From an uncultured Planctomycetaceae bacterium (lineage in GTDB: Bacteria > Planctomycetota > Planctomycetia > Isosphaerales > Isosphaeraceae): a stretch of DNA of 64,000 bases. How positions within the stretch are numbered: the stretch's first letter is position 1; each line of letters opens with the position of its first letter. Made by a program: the position numbers and the translations under genes. This document shows, piece by piece, positions 9,778 through 20,280 of the stretch. Where the stretch lies: contig CAWIAD010000001.1 in NCBI GenBank assembly GCA_963833985.1, forward strand, positions 2,624,001 through 2,688,000, given 5' to 3'. The notes under the pieces were generated by a model. The model was given only the letters and a program-made list of their open reading frames with translations, was not told where the DNA came from and ran no database searches.

Positions 9778-10947
9778 TCATGACTCCAGACTGACCCACT
9801 TCTTCTCGCGGGCGCTCTGGGCGATGGCTTCGCAGATGCGGACCTCGCGATCGCCGTCGGCGAAGGTCGGGAAACCCGGAGTGCCCTGGCAGCCGCCGGC
9901 AATGAAGCTGTAGAACGCCAGATCAAGCTGCTTGAAGGCGTCCGGGAAGCCCTCGGCATGGCCGCCAGGGTAATGGCTGGTCTCGGAGACCTCGGGAGAG
10001 AGCAGAGACGGGTCACGGTTCAGGAGCGAGTTGGGACCACCCCGGCGCCCGAGCCAGAGCAGCTCGGGGCTCTCGCTGTCCCAGACCATCGAGCCGTTTG
10101 TTCCGCAGACCTCCAGGTAGAGCCGGTTCTTGCGGCCGGCGTGCATCTGCATGACGTGGAAGACGCCGTGGGCGCCGTTGTTCAGGTGCAGCAGGACCGC
10201 GCCAAAGTCCTCGGTGGTGATCTTCACCGACTCGGTCGCCTTCTTGCCGCCGGGACCGGAGAACGTCTCGGCGCCGCCGACGGGCTTCTTGCGCTCGGGA
10301 TGGAACGTCGCCAGGTCGGCATTCACGCCTTCGATGTGCAGACCGGTGACGAACTGTGCCAGGTCCATCCAGTGCGTGCCGATGTCGGAGACGGCCCTTA
10401 GATTGGTGTGACCATCGGGTTCCACCCGCCAGTTGTAGTCGTCTTCCATGAGCAGCCAGTCCTGGGTGTAAGAGCCGGAGACCGAGAGAATCCGGCCGAG
10501 CTCTCCACGAGCCACCCTGGCATGCATTTCCTGGCAGAGTGGGTAGAAACGAAGGTTGTAATTCACGCCGGCCGCCTGCTTCGGATGGGCCCTGGCAAGC
10601 TTCACCAGCTCGGCCGTCTCCTTCGCACTGATGGCCAGCGGCTTCTCGCAGAGGACGTGCTTGCCGGCCTGGAGTGCGTGCTGGGCGTGCTCGAAGTGGA
10701 CATTGTTGGGGGAGGCGATGTGCACGGCGGTGATCGTCGGATCGGCCAGCAGCTCCTCGAGCGTGGCGTAGACCTTGGCAATACCCAGACGCTCGGCGAT
10801 CGGCCGCGCGCGCTCGGGCGTGATGTCGAGCAGTCCGCCCACGGTGACGCCGATACGCCGCAAGGCCTCGGCATGGACCGGTCCAATGAATCCGCTACCA
10901 ATCAGCGCCACCCGGGGCGGATTGGCCAGTACGTGGGGTGCACCCAT
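9778..10947 (-). CDS. Gfo/Idh/MocA family oxidoreductase
   Basis: ALIGSGFIG, HVLCEKP, SDIGTHWMD, YPGGHAEGFPD. Confidence 0.93.
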   Translation of the reverse strand: MGAPHVLANPPRVALIGSGFIGPVHAEALRRIGVTVGGLLDITPERARPIAERLGIAKVYATLEELLADPTITAVHIASPNNVHFEHAQHALQAGKHVLCEKPLAISAKETAELVKLARAHPKQAAGVNYNLRFYPLCQEMHARVARGELGRILSVSGSYTQDWLLMEDDYNWRVEPDGHTNLRAVSDIGTHWMDLAQFVTGLHIEGVNADLATFHPERKKPVGGAETFSGPGGKKATESVKITTEDFGAVLLHLNNGAHGVFHVMQMHAGRKNRLYLEVCGTNGSMVWDSESPELLWLGRRGGPNSLLNRDPSLLSPEVSETSHYPGGHAEGFPDAFKQLDLAFYSFIAGGCQGTPGFPTFADGDREVRICEAIAQSAREKKWVSLES

Positions 10948-11219
10948 GGGAGAGTCGTCCTTCCGAGTCCCGGACAGTGTCACGGCGGGCAGCTTTGCGC
11001 TCGACCCGCCTGGCTTCGCTGAAAACCCTGGCACTAACCTACCGGCCCGGAAGACGGCCCGCAACGGTGCGGCAGCTCATGCCGGGCCGGTTCCATTCAC
11101 CGCTTCGGAGCCGCCCGCGTCCCGATCTCTCGGCCCCTACCAGCGAGCGCACGGTTCCGACCGGCTCAGAAGGCGCGCCGAGTCTGTGAGTTCAGTGCCT
11201 CCAGCGTTTCGTGCAGACG

Positions 11220-12401
11220 TCAGCTCACCTCGCTCACGTCCACGGGGCGGTGTTCCGCGGCCGAGATGAGAGCGGCTTCGAGCACGCGCTGGGTCTGGTA
11301 AGCGTCCTCGAAGTCGGGAATAGGCACGGTAGGCTCGTGGCCGCCAAGTACCTGGAGGATGTCGTACGCCTGGTTAATGAAACCGTGTTCATACCCAAGC
11401 GTATGGGCATCGGGCCACCAGTGCTCGGCGTAGGGGTGGTCGCCGCCGTGGGTGCACATGATCGTGGTCCAGCCTTGCACGGCGCGGGCACGAGTGGCAT
11501 CGTAATATTGCAGTTCGTTCATGCGTTCGAAGTCGAACTTGACCGAGCCCCTGGTGCCGTTGAGCTCGAAGCCGTTGCGGTTCTGGTTCCCGGTGGCCTG
11601 GCGGGCAGCTTCAAAGCTGGCCACGGCGCCGCCGGAAAAGCGGGCCAGGAAGAGCACGGTGTCATCGACGGTAACCGGGCCGGTTCCCTCGCCGGCTTGC
11701 ACGCCGGCCGCGATGCCGCCGGCGGCCGTGCCGGTCATCCGCTTCCGCTCCTTGATGAACGTCTCGGCGACGGCCCCGCAGATCTGGGTGATCTCCTCGC
11801 CCGTGACGAAGCGGGTCATGTCGATGATGTGCGCGTTCAGGTCGCCGTGAGCGCCCGAGCCTGAGCCTTCCTTCTGGAACCTCCAGACCAGGGGAATCGA
11901 TTCGTCGGCCCAGTCTTGCAGGTAGAAGGCGCGGACATGGCGGATGGCCCCGAGCGCCCCATCCTGCACCAGCTTGTGCGCCAGGGCCACGGCCGGGCAG
12001 CGCCGGTAGTTGTACCAGACGAAGGTCTTGACGCGGGCCTGCCGCGCGGCCTGGACCATCTCACGCGCTTCGGCGAGCGTGCCGGCGATCGGCTTCTCGC
12101 AGGAGACGTTCTTGCCGGCCTCGATGGCGGCCTTGGCCACCGGCGCGTGCATGAAGTTGGGCGTCACGATGTCGACCAGGTCGATCTCCGGCTGGCGTAC
12201 GGTGTTCTCCCAGTTCGACGACGCGTGCTCCCAACCCCAGTGGTTGGAGAAAACCTTCGGATGTTCCTCGCGACGGCCGCACGTCGTGTGCATCACCGGC
12301 CAGACAGCGGGCTTGAAGAACTTCGTGACCTGCGACCAGGCATTGGAGTGCGTCCGCCCCATGAAGCCTTCGCCGATCATCGCCACGTTGATCTCACGCA
12401 T
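11220..12401 (-). CDS. Gfo/Idh/MocA family oxidoreductase
   Basis: AMIGEGFMG, CEKP, YNYRRCPA, GAHGDLNAHIID. Confidence 0.93.
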   Translation of the reverse strand: MREINVAMIGEGFMGRTHSNAWSQVTKFFKPAVWPVMHTTCGRREEHPKVFSNHWGWEHASSNWENTVRQPEIDLVDIVTPNFMHAPVAKAAIEAGKNVSCEKPIAGTLAEAREMVQAARQARVKTFVWYNYRRCPAVALAHKLVQDGALGAIRHVRAFYLQDWADESIPLVWRFQKEGSGSGAHGDLNAHIIDMTRFVTGEEITQICGAVAETFIKERKRMTGTAAGGIAAGVQAGEGTGPVTVDDTVLFLARFSGGAVASFEAARQATGNQNRNGFELNGTRGSVKFDFERMNELQYYDATRARAVQGWTTIMCTHGGDHPYAEHWWPDAHTLGYEHGFINQAYDILQVLGGHEPTVPIPDFEDAYQTQRVLEAALISAAEHRPVDVSEVS

Positions 12402-12607
12402 CAGGAATCTCCTCGGTCGACCAAGAAACCACGAACCGAGCCAGGAAGCTGCATCGCCCCACTGGCTCTGGTGGCATTGTGGCCACTATAGCCGCGCGCC
12501 GGCCGACTCCAAGGGTCGAGTGGCCTCGCGGTGGTTCCCGGGCGCGTTGTAAACTCAGCGGACAGGGGCACGGCAAGAGTCCCGCCCCGCGCCACACGGA
12601 GCCGCCG

Positions 12608-13129
12608 ATGAAAGAGCCACTCGTTCGCTTCAGCGTCGCCATCGGCGGCGACTTGCTGCGGAAGTTCGACCGCTACCGGCAGGAGCGCCGATACCCCAAC
12701 CGCAGCGAGGCGGTCCGCGGCCTGATGCGCAATGCGCTCATCGAGGAAGCCATCGACCAGGAAGAGAGCCAGACCATGGGGGTCCTCACGCTGATCTATG
12801 ACCACCACGCCAGCCGCATCGCGGAACGACTGACGGAGCTTCAGCACAGCCACCTGGAGCAGGTGGTAACCACGACCCACGTGCACCTGGACCACACGCG
12901 GTGCCTGGAGGTGATCCTGCTGCGCGGGCCGGCAGGCGGAGTGCGCATGCTGGCCGATGCGCTGATCGGCACCAAGGGCGTGGAGACCGGGCGGCTGGTG
13001 CTCACCGCGGCAGCACCGGTCTCGGACCGCAACGCGACGGACCCAAGCCACGGGCATCCCCACTCCCACCAGCAGGCGGGCCACGATCACGGAAAGCGGC
13101 AAGAGCACGGCCACCGCCATCCCTCGTGA
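12608..13129 (+). CDS. nikR: Nickel-responsive regulator NikR with His-rich tail
   Basis: RHH N-terminus RFSVAI...NRSEAVR; YDHH, QH, HVHLDHTRCLEV nickel site. Confidence 0.93.
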   Translation: MKEPLVRFSVAIGGDLLRKFDRYRQERRYPNRSEAVRGLMRNALIEEAIDQEESQTMGVLTLIYDHHASRIAERLTELQHSHLEQVVTTTHVHLDHTRCLEVILLRGPAGGVRMLADALIGTKGVETGRLVLTAAAPVSDRNATDPSHGHPHSHQQAGHDHGKRQEHGHRHPS

Positions 13130-13193
13130 ACGAGGTGGGCCGCGCCGTGCTGCTGAGATCAATGTCTCGCTCAGTGCGCGTTCTTCGAGCGGC

Positions 13194-13748
13194 TTACCAG
13201 CCCAGCCCCTCGGCATTACTGAGGATCTGATCGAGCCGCTTGGCCACGATCTCGCGGCGGTTCTCCTGACGCTTCGCCACCAGGTCCTTGAGCTTCTTGA
13301 TCCTGGCATCGAGCTCGTCCATTTCGAGCTTATGGCGTTTCTGCCGGAGGTCGAACTGCTTTTCCAGCACCTGGGTCAACTGCGTCTTGATGTCGGATCG
13401 CGCACCTTCCGAGAGATTCTCGCCCAGTTTCCCCGCCAGCTCTTCCACCGCGCCGGACAGGTTCCGCTCCTCGTTGTCAGCGCCGGACGCGTCGGGCTGG
13501 TAAGCTGTGTTCCGTCTGTCGGATTGGCCTAGCCAGTAACGCGGCCGTGCCAGGTTCGCGCCGGAAAAGCCGTCTGGAGCCTGGCCGCCGAATGGGTTCG
13601 CGGCCGAATCCGGTCGCGATGATCGAGTGCCCGGCTGCCGCACCGAGTTATTCGATGGCTGGCCACCGAATTGCTGCCCCAGTGCCGAGGCAACGAGCAG
13701 GGGTGCTCCGAGCAATCCCAAAATGAGAGCCGGACGTTTCACATTCAT
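13194..13748 (-). CDS. Secreted coiled-coil hypothetical protein, last gene of the ECF-kinase operon
   Basis: Signal peptide; helical C-terminus FDLRQKRHKLEMDELDARI...RREIVAKRLDQIL; starts 3 nt after the kinase stop. Confidence 0.75.
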   Translation of the reverse strand: MNVKRPALILGLLGAPLLVASALGQQFGGQPSNNSVRQPGTRSSRPDSAANPFGGQAPDGFSGANLARPRYWLGQSDRRNTAYQPDASGADNEERNLSGAVEELAGKLGENLSEGARSDIKTQLTQVLEKQFDLRQKRHKLEMDELDARIKKLKDLVAKRQENRREIVAKRLDQILSNAEGLGW

Positions 13749-13751
13749 GCT

Positions 13752-15311
13752 TCATCTCCTCTGGTCAGAATACAGGGTCGGAGTGACGGACGGACGTTGG
13801 GGAACCACTTGCGGATCGGACGCGAGGCGGCTTTCCAGCGATCGAGCCTGCCGGTCCAGCTCGCGGACGAGCGTTGCGATCGGGTCACTGGCGCCGGGAT
13901 CGGCCGGACGAATCAGCCCCGCCTCGATGGTTTCTGCCCTGCGGCGGGTCTGCTGGAGCTCCTGTTCGATCTGGCCAGAGGAAGCTGCTGCGACGTTCCC
14001 GCCGGGCACCAGCGGAGCATCCGGTCGGGCAAGGGCCGTCCGGGACCCAGTCCCTGGCCGCTGGTCCCGCGCAGCCGGCTCGGGTTTGCGATTTGCCTGG
14101 AAGCAGACGATCAACGTCAGAATGGCGGGGATCGTTCCCAGCGCCAGGGATCGGGCCCGCCACCGTCCTTCGGGCCGGCCGCAATCCGTGGATAAACCGG
14201 ACGGCAGAGGCACGGCCAGGGGCTGCTGAACGTGGGCCAGGCAGTCGCGCAGCAACTCGGCGACCTCGAAGGCGGTCCGGAACCGCGCAGCTGGGTCCTT
14301 GGCCATGAGGCGGGCGATGATCGCCTCCAGCCAGTCGGGAACCTCGGGGTTGTGCGTGCGCAGCGGTTGAGGCCGGTCGTCGCAGACTCGCCGCAGCACA
14401 GCCAGCGGTGAATCGGCCCGGAACGGAGGATGGCCTGCGCATGCCGCATAGAGCGTACTCCCCAGGCTGAAGAGGTCGGCGCGGTGGTCGACCGTCGCGC
14501 CGCTGGCCTGCTCGGGAGCCATGTAGTGGGGCGTTCCGGCCACGACTCCGCTGCGCGTCTCGGCGGCATCGGCCGCGGCCCGGGCCAGTCCGAAATCGGT
14601 GAGGCGCACCCGCTCCACACCGTTCTCGAGCAAAATGTTTGCCGGCTTGACGTCGCGATGGACCAGTCCCTGGGCGTGGGCGGCCGCCAGGCCGGACGCG
14701 GTTTGCGTGCCAATCCTCAGCAGCTCCGGCAAGGCCAGTGGCCCGGACCGGTCGAGCCGATCCTGGAGGGTTCGCCCGGGCACGTATTCCATGACCAGGA
14801 ACGGCAGCCCCGGCGACTCGACGACCGAGAAAACGCCAACGACGTGCTCGTGCACGACGGCGGCCGCGGCCCGAGCCTCGCGCAGGAAGCGCCGCCTTGC
14901 GGCACCGCAGCTTGCCAGTGTCGCCGACAGGACCTTGATCGCCACGTTCCTTGAGAGCGCGGGGTCGAATGCCTTGAGCACCACGCCCATGCCTCCGCGT
15001 CCGAGCACGCCCTTGATCTCGTAATTGCCCAACCTCCCCAGCGAGCCCGGCCAGTCCGAAGGGGCCAGGAAATCCAGAGGCTCGCAGGCCTGGTCCACGT
15101 CTTCGGACTGGGTCGCGGTCTCGTCCTCGAGATGATGACGTGCCAGAGCCAGGCAGCGGTCCTCGCGCACCAGCCGGTCGAGCTCTCCCCGGCATGTCGC
15201 GCAGCGCTCCAGGTGCTGTTCCAGACGGGCCAGCTCCGACTGCGGCAGAAGGTCGAGGGCCAGCCGCTGGAGCCGTTGCGGATCACATCGGTCCTGCTCA
15301 ACATGCATCAT
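13752..15311 (-). CDS. Ser/Thr protein kinase with N-terminal zinc-finger (anti-sigma-like) motif
   Basis: HLERCATC; LGRGGMGVV, VAIK, HRDVKPAN, DFG, GTPHYMAPE. Confidence 0.93.
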   Translation of the reverse strand: MMHVEQDRCDPQRLQRLALDLLPQSELARLEQHLERCATCRGELDRLVREDRCLALARHHLEDETATQSEDVDQACEPLDFLAPSDWPGSLGRLGNYEIKGVLGRGGMGVVLKAFDPALSRNVAIKVLSATLASCGAARRRFLREARAAAAVVHEHVVGVFSVVESPGLPFLVMEYVPGRTLQDRLDRSGPLALPELLRIGTQTASGLAAAHAQGLVHRDVKPANILLENGVERVRLTDFGLARAAADAAETRSGVVAGTPHYMAPEQASGATVDHRADLFSLGSTLYAACAGHPPFRADSPLAVLRRVCDDRPQPLRTHNPEVPDWLEAIIARLMAKDPAARFRTAFEVAELLRDCLAHVQQPLAVPLPSGLSTDCGRPEGRWRARSLALGTIPAILTLIVCFQANRKPEPAARDQRPGTGSRTALARPDAPLVPGGNVAAASSGQIEQELQQTRRRAETIEAGLIRPADPGASDPIATLVRELDRQARSLESRLASDPQVVPQRPSVTPTLYSDQRR

Positions 15312-15930
15312 CGGCCTCGCATGGGGTGCTCACTCGTTCGATTGTGTAGTGCTCGACGCGCTGCTTGATCCGGGCCAGGACGCGGCACCTGGCGACGTAG
15401 ACAGCGCCGACCGAGAGCCCCAGCTCGCTTGCGACCTGGACCGGAGGGCGCTCCTCCAGCGCGGTCTGCCAGAAGGCTTGCCAGGTCGCCGGCGCAATCT
15501 CGCCGCGAACTTCCTGGGCCGCCCAGCGGAAGAGCCGTCGCTGGTACTCTGCCTCGAAGAGGAGGGTTGCCGACGGGTCGACCTCGGGCGCGGCCTGAGC
15601 GTCGAGGCGCTCCCGCACGCTGGTGGACCCGCTGCCGCGCGGCTGGTCCTGTCGCCTGGTCAAGAAATTGATGAGCAGATTGCGTGCGATCCGCGACAGC
15701 CAGCCGCGAAAGCTGCCCCGTCCGGGCTCCCACCCGTGGATGGACCGCGCGACCGCCTGAAAGACCTCCTGACAGAGGTCGTTCGCATCGGCATGCTGGA
15801 GGCCCTTGAGCCGGGCCAGCCGGTAGACCAGCGGCTCGTAGATCGCCAGGAACTCGGTCCAGGCCGTTGCATCGGCCGGGTTCCGCAGCTTGATGATCAG
15901 TGAGTGCCGGGTGGCCGGGGAATCGTTCAT
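15298..15930 (-). CDS. ECF sigma factor, kinase-associated planctomycete type
   Basis: TRHSLIIKLR...AWTEF, DANDLCQEVF, GSFRGWL, region 4 VASELGLSVGAVYVARCR; overlaps the kinase start. Confidence 0.92.
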   Translation of the reverse strand: MNDSPATRHSLIIKLRNPADATAWTEFLAIYEPLVYRLARLKGLQHADANDLCQEVFQAVARSIHGWEPGRGSFRGWLSRIARNLLINFLTRRQDQPRGSGSTSVRERLDAQAAPEVDPSATLLFEAEYQRRLFRWAAQEVRGEIAPATWQAFWQTALEERPPVQVASELGLSVGAVYVARCRVLARIKQRVEHYTIERVSTPCEADDAC

Positions 15931-16084
15931 TTCTCCTCCTGACCCAGGGCTATACACGGGTCAGGCGAGAATCTTACACGAATTCCCCGCACTCGGGCTG
16001 CCGGCGGAATCCAGCGACGCAACGCTGCCGGAGCTGGCTGGAGCGCCGGAGAGCGGAAGCCTGGCCGCGGCTTCCGGGCAGAAA

Positions 16085-16474
16085 TCACCCCGCTGCCGGC
16101 GATGCGGCAAAAGCCCGGACGGCTTCGTGCTCCGTTTCATGGACGGAAGCCACCTTGTCCAGGCCGATGATATCCGCGCCAATCTGGACTTCCGGGTCCA
16201 GGTGGCAGAACCGCACTTTTGCTCCGCGATCCCTGGCCTCCTTGACCAGCTTGAAGAGCACGGCGAAACCGGTGCTGCTGACGTACTTGGTATGCTTCAG
16301 ATTGACCACGAGTTGCCGGGCCCAGTCCTGACGGGCCACCAGGCTCAGCTCGGCTTCCAGCTCCTGTGCCTGATGCGGAAACCGCAGCTCCTTGGCCAGA
16401 ACTTCCACGATCGCGACATCGCCATCCATGCTGGTCGAAATATGCTCGAGCTTCTTCGCCGACATGGTCATCAC
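16085..16474 (-). CDS. STAS-domain anti-sigma-factor antagonist
   Basis: LVVNLKHTKYVSSTGFAVL...IIGLD. Confidence 0.88.
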   Translation of the reverse strand: MMTMSAKKLEHISTSMDGDVAIVEVLAKELRFPHQAQELEAELSLVARQDWARQLVVNLKHTKYVSSTGFAVLFKLVKEARDRGAKVRFCHLDPEVQIGADIIGLDKVASVHETEHEAVRAFAASPAAG

Positions 16475-16739
16475 TCCGCGCCGCCGCCGAGATTGAAACT
16501 TCCCACTCTTGATTCTAACCTACGGGCGGCGTCACGGCAGTGGCCCGGTTCCGATGGCCGTGGAAGAAGGCAACGGCTCATCCGCGAGCTAGGCTTGCAA
16601 ATGGAGGATGCACCGCACTGGATCACGTCTCTTGCCGGCGCACCGCTCCAGGACCACACGGCTCAATTCTGCTCTTGTCGACTCCCGTTTCGAGGCGACA
16701 AAATACGGTTGATCATTCTCACCCATAGAGGTTGGACGC

Positions 16740-17847
16740 ATGGATTATCCTGAATCAGGCAACGGCGAATCAGGCAACGGCGAATCACGGAACGGTGCTG
16801 CAACCGAGAAGAAGCTGTACGACGCGATCGTGGTCGTGGGTTTTGGTGGTCCAGAGAAGCGCGAAGACGTCATTCCTTTCCTGGAGAACGTGACGAGGGG
16901 CCGGAACATTCCCCGGCCGCGCCTGCTGGAGGTGGCCGAGCATTACTACCACTTCAACGGTGTGAGCCCGATCAACGCCCAGGTGCGCGAATTGCTGGAG
17001 GCGCTGCGTCCCGAGCTGCGGCGCCACGCGATCGGTCTGCCGGTGTACTGGGGTAACCGGAACTGGCATCCCATGCTTGCCGATACGCTCCGCGAGATGT
17101 CTGCCGCGGGAGTGAAGAAGGCCCTGGCGGTGGTGCTTGCGGCTTACAGTTCGTACTCCAGTTGCCGGCAGTACCGGGAAGACATCGACCGCGCCCGCGA
17201 GGAGGTGGGCCCCCGCGCCGGCGGTCGACAAGACCCGCGTGTTCTACAATCATCCCGAATTCATCCACGCCAACGCCGACCGCATCCGCGAGGCACTGGC
17301 GCAGGTTGCGCCCGACGACCGTCCCCTTGTCCGGCTTGCATTCACCGCGCACAGCATTCCCGTGAGCATGGCCCAGGGCTCGAGCTACGAGAGCCAGCTC
17401 CAGGAGACCTGCCGGCTGGTGGCCTCCGAGCTGGGCATCCCCGAGGCCCGCTGGTCGCTGGTGTACCAGAGCCGTAGCGGCCGGCCGCAAGACCCGTGGC
17501 TCGAACCCGACATCCTCGACCATCTCAGGAAGCTGAAGGAGCAGGAAACTCGCGCGGTGATCGTTCATCCGGTCGGGTTTCTGTCGGACCACATGGAAGT
17601 GCTTTACGACCTGGACGAAGAGGCGAGGAACCTGTGCAACGAGCTCGGCCTTCCCATGGTCCGGTCGCGCACCGTGGGCACGCACCGCGGTTTCGTGCGC
17701 ATGCTCCGCGAGCTGATCTGCGAGCGCGTGCAGCTCACGCCGGCTGAGGAGCGGCGATTCCTCGGCCAGTTTGGCCCCGCCCACGACGTTTGCCCCACGG
17801 ATTGCTGCCTGCCCACCTGGCGCGCGTCCTCACAGGCAAAGACCTGA
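16740..17847 (+). CDS. hemH: Ferrochelatase (HemH/CpfC) with Cys-rich C-terminus; frameshift near 17215
   Basis: GFGGPE, GVSPIN, GNRNWHP in frame 16740; FTAHSIP, YQSRSG...WLEPD, GFLSDHMEVLYDLD, CPTDCC in frame 17137. Confidence 0.93.
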
Positions 17848-18186
17848 CGCGGACACTCAGGCCGTGAGCAAGGGGCTCCGCGCGGCCGGGCGTTCACATC
17901 ACGAAAATCGACGCCCACCGTGCCTGGTGCTTGTGCCGGTTCGATCGAAGTAGCTCGTCGCCTCAGGGATGAGTTGCCTGCGTATCGGTCGGAACCGGAA
18001 TCTGGTTGTTCAAGGCAGGATCGGCAGGGCGTGCAGGCTGCCCTAGCCAGTTCCGGCGCCGGGATCGTATCATGAACCTCGATCGAGAGCTGGGCACGAC
18101 CTCGTACCAGGCCGCGAATGATCGTTCCGCCCGACCGATACGCGGGGCGGGTCCGGTCCCTGCCGCGAGAGCGCAAGTTTCGGGAG

Positions 18187-19362
18187 ATGTCGGTCATGGC
18201 GGCGCGTCGCCTGTTGCTGGTTGAAGACAGTTCCACGATGCGGCGCATGCTCTCGACGATGCTCAAGGAGGAGGGCTACGACGTCAAGACGGCCAACGAC
18301 GGGGCCGAGGGCCTGACCAGGGCCAGGGAAGATCCCAGGCCGGAGCTGATCCTCACCGACTACGAGATGCCCGAGCTCGACGGCGCCGGGTTCTGCATGG
18401 AGGTGAAGAAGGACAAGGAGTTGCGGTCGATCCCCGTGCTCATGCTCACGACCCTGGGCGAGACGCACAACAAGATCGCGGGCCTCGAGGCGGGTGCCGA
18501 CGACTACATCCAGAAGCCCAAGAGCCCCGACGACGTCCAGGAGATGTTCGCCCGGATCAGGGCGCAATTGCGGATCGCCGACATGCGGGCCGAGCTTGCC
18601 GAGCGCAACCGGCTGCTCGAGGCGGCCCACAAGAAGCTCACCTTCGAGCTGGACCTGGCCCGCAAGGTGCAGTTCGCGCTCATGCCGCGCCCGCCGAAGC
18701 CGCGCGGCATCCTGCAAGCCGCCGTCCGCTACACGCCGGCCAACCAGCTCGGCGGAGACGTCTACGACTTTTACCGGCTGGAGAACAACCGGCTGGGGAT
18801 CCTGGTCGCCGACGTGTCGGGGCACGGAGTGAACTCCGCCATGCTCTCAGGCATGGTCAAGGCACTCGCGGCCCCGCTGTCGATCGCCGTGCTCGAGCCG
18901 GGAGAACTGCTGGCCGGACTGGATGTCGCCACCGAGCAGTATTTTCCTGAAGGTTACTTCTGTACGGGTTTTTACCTGATTGCCGACGAGGAGACGGGTC
19001 TGGTCCGCTATGCCGGCGTGGGGCATCCGCCGGCCATCATCGTCGGGCCCTCGGGCTCGCGGATGCTCCCCTCGAACCCCGGCATGCTGGGCATCGGCAT
19101 GGTGGACGGCACCGCCGGCGACCACGACCGGCTGGAGCCGGGTGAGTCGCTGATCATCTACACCGACGGGCTCACCGACGCCATGGACACCGCGGACGTC
19201 CTCTTCGGCGAGGATCGCCTGCGGACCCTCTTGCAAGGCTACCACGGAGCCGACCCGCTAGAGATCCTCAACAAGGTGGACGACGCGCTTTTCAAGCACA
19301 CGATGCCCGGGCGGCCCGCCGACGATATCAATATCATCGTGCTTCAGCGCACGACGCGCTGA
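18187..19362 (+). CDS. Response regulator-PP2C (SpoIIE/RsbU-like) phosphatase
   Basis: REC domain (VEDS, LTDYEMP, YIQKP) plus GGDVYD, ADVSGHG, YTDGLTD, DDI. Confidence 0.93.
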   Translation: MSVMAARRLLLVEDSSTMRRMLSTMLKEEGYDVKTANDGAEGLTRAREDPRPELILTDYEMPELDGAGFCMEVKKDKELRSIPVLMLTTLGETHNKIAGLEAGADDYIQKPKSPDDVQEMFARIRAQLRIADMRAELAERNRLLEAAHKKLTFELDLARKVQFALMPRPPKPRGILQAAVRYTPANQLGGDVYDFYRLENNRLGILVADVSGHGVNSAMLSGMVKALAAPLSIAVLEPGELLAGLDVATEQYFPEGYFCTGFYLIADEETGLVRYAGVGHPPAIIVGPSGSRMLPSNPGMLGIGMVDGTAGDHDRLEPGESLIIYTDGLTDAMDTADVLFGEDRLRTLLQGYHGADPLEILNKVDDALFKHTMPGRPADDINIIVLQRTTR

Positions 19363-19522
19363 ACGAGATGCTCCCCATCCACACCGCCGCATGATACACT
19401 CGTACCTGGGGAACTGCTGTGGTGCGGGACGAGCAACGGCCCCGGCCGGTCGCGCATCGAGCTTGAGTTCACGCGTGTAGGGACGGTTCATCCGGCCCTG
19501 CCAGGGAGCGGTCGAGCTTGTC

Positions 19523-19819
19523 ATGGCCCTTGACAGTGCAGAAGTGAAGCTGGTGTCGCTGGAAGGCCCGGCCACGATCTACGAGGTGGCGGCCCACCGC
19601 GACACGCTTCGCGAAGCGCTGGCCGAGGGCGCTGACCTGCGGATCGATCTGAGCCACACGGGAAAGTGGGACCTGGCCGGCCTCCAGCTCCTGATCTCGT
19701 GCGTGAATACCGCGCACAGTCAGGGTCTGGCGGTTCGCATCGAGGGAGTGCCGCGACCCTGCCTCGAGAGCGCCGCACGTTCGGGCCTGTCGGAGTGGCT
19801 TGAAACCATGACCGAATGA
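19523..19819 (+). CDS. Small STAS-domain protein of the chemosensory cluster
   Basis: LEGPATIYEV, IDLSHTGKWDLAGLQLL. Confidence 0.85.
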   Translation: MALDSAEVKLVSLEGPATIYEVAAHRDTLREALAEGADLRIDLSHTGKWDLAGLQLLISCVNTAHSQGLAVRIEGVPRPCLESAARSGLSEWLETMTE

Positions 19820-19914
19820 ATGAAGGGCCAGGATCCGTGGATGGACACGTACATTCCGCCCCAGGGAGGCCCGCGGTTGCGCGTCGGGATCGGTCGCAGG
19901 ACCGATGGGACCTC

Positions 19915-20280
19915 ATGACCAAGACCATCGTGCATGCCGACGATAGCGCCGCGGTTCGGCGCTGGGTGTCTGACCAGCTCAGCGGGCCGGGGCTGAAGGT
20001 CGTCTCGGTGTCCGATGGTGAGGCGGCTCTCACGCTGCTCCGCGAATCGCACTGCGACCTCTTGCTCACCGATCTGGAAATGCCCAATCTCGACGGCCTG
20101 TCTTTGGTCAGCGCGGTCCGGGAACTACCGGCCCACCGGTTTCTGCCAGTCCTGGTGCTCTCGTGCCGCCATCCCAGCGAGTTTGAACCGCAGCGCCGCC
20201 AGGGGGTGACGGGCTGGCTGGTCAAGCCAATCGACGCCGAGCACCTGCGGCGCTGGGTGCGCCGGGTCTTGCCGGAATAG
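19915..20280 (+). CDS. cheY: Single-domain response regulator, CheY-like
   Basis: ADDS, LTDLEMPNLDG, GWLVKP; lies upstream of cheA. Confidence 0.85.
   Translation: MTKTIVHADDSAAVRRWVSDQLSGPGLKVVSVSDGEAALTLLRESHCDLLLTDLEMPNLDGLSLVSAVRELPAHRFLPVLVLSCRHPSEFEPQRRQGVTGWLVKPIDAEHLRRWVRRVLPE

Noticed and set aside
16752..16796. 15-bp tandem repeat (ESGNG-like x3) at the hemH N-terminus
   Set aside because: In-frame low-complexity slippage in a disordered leader.
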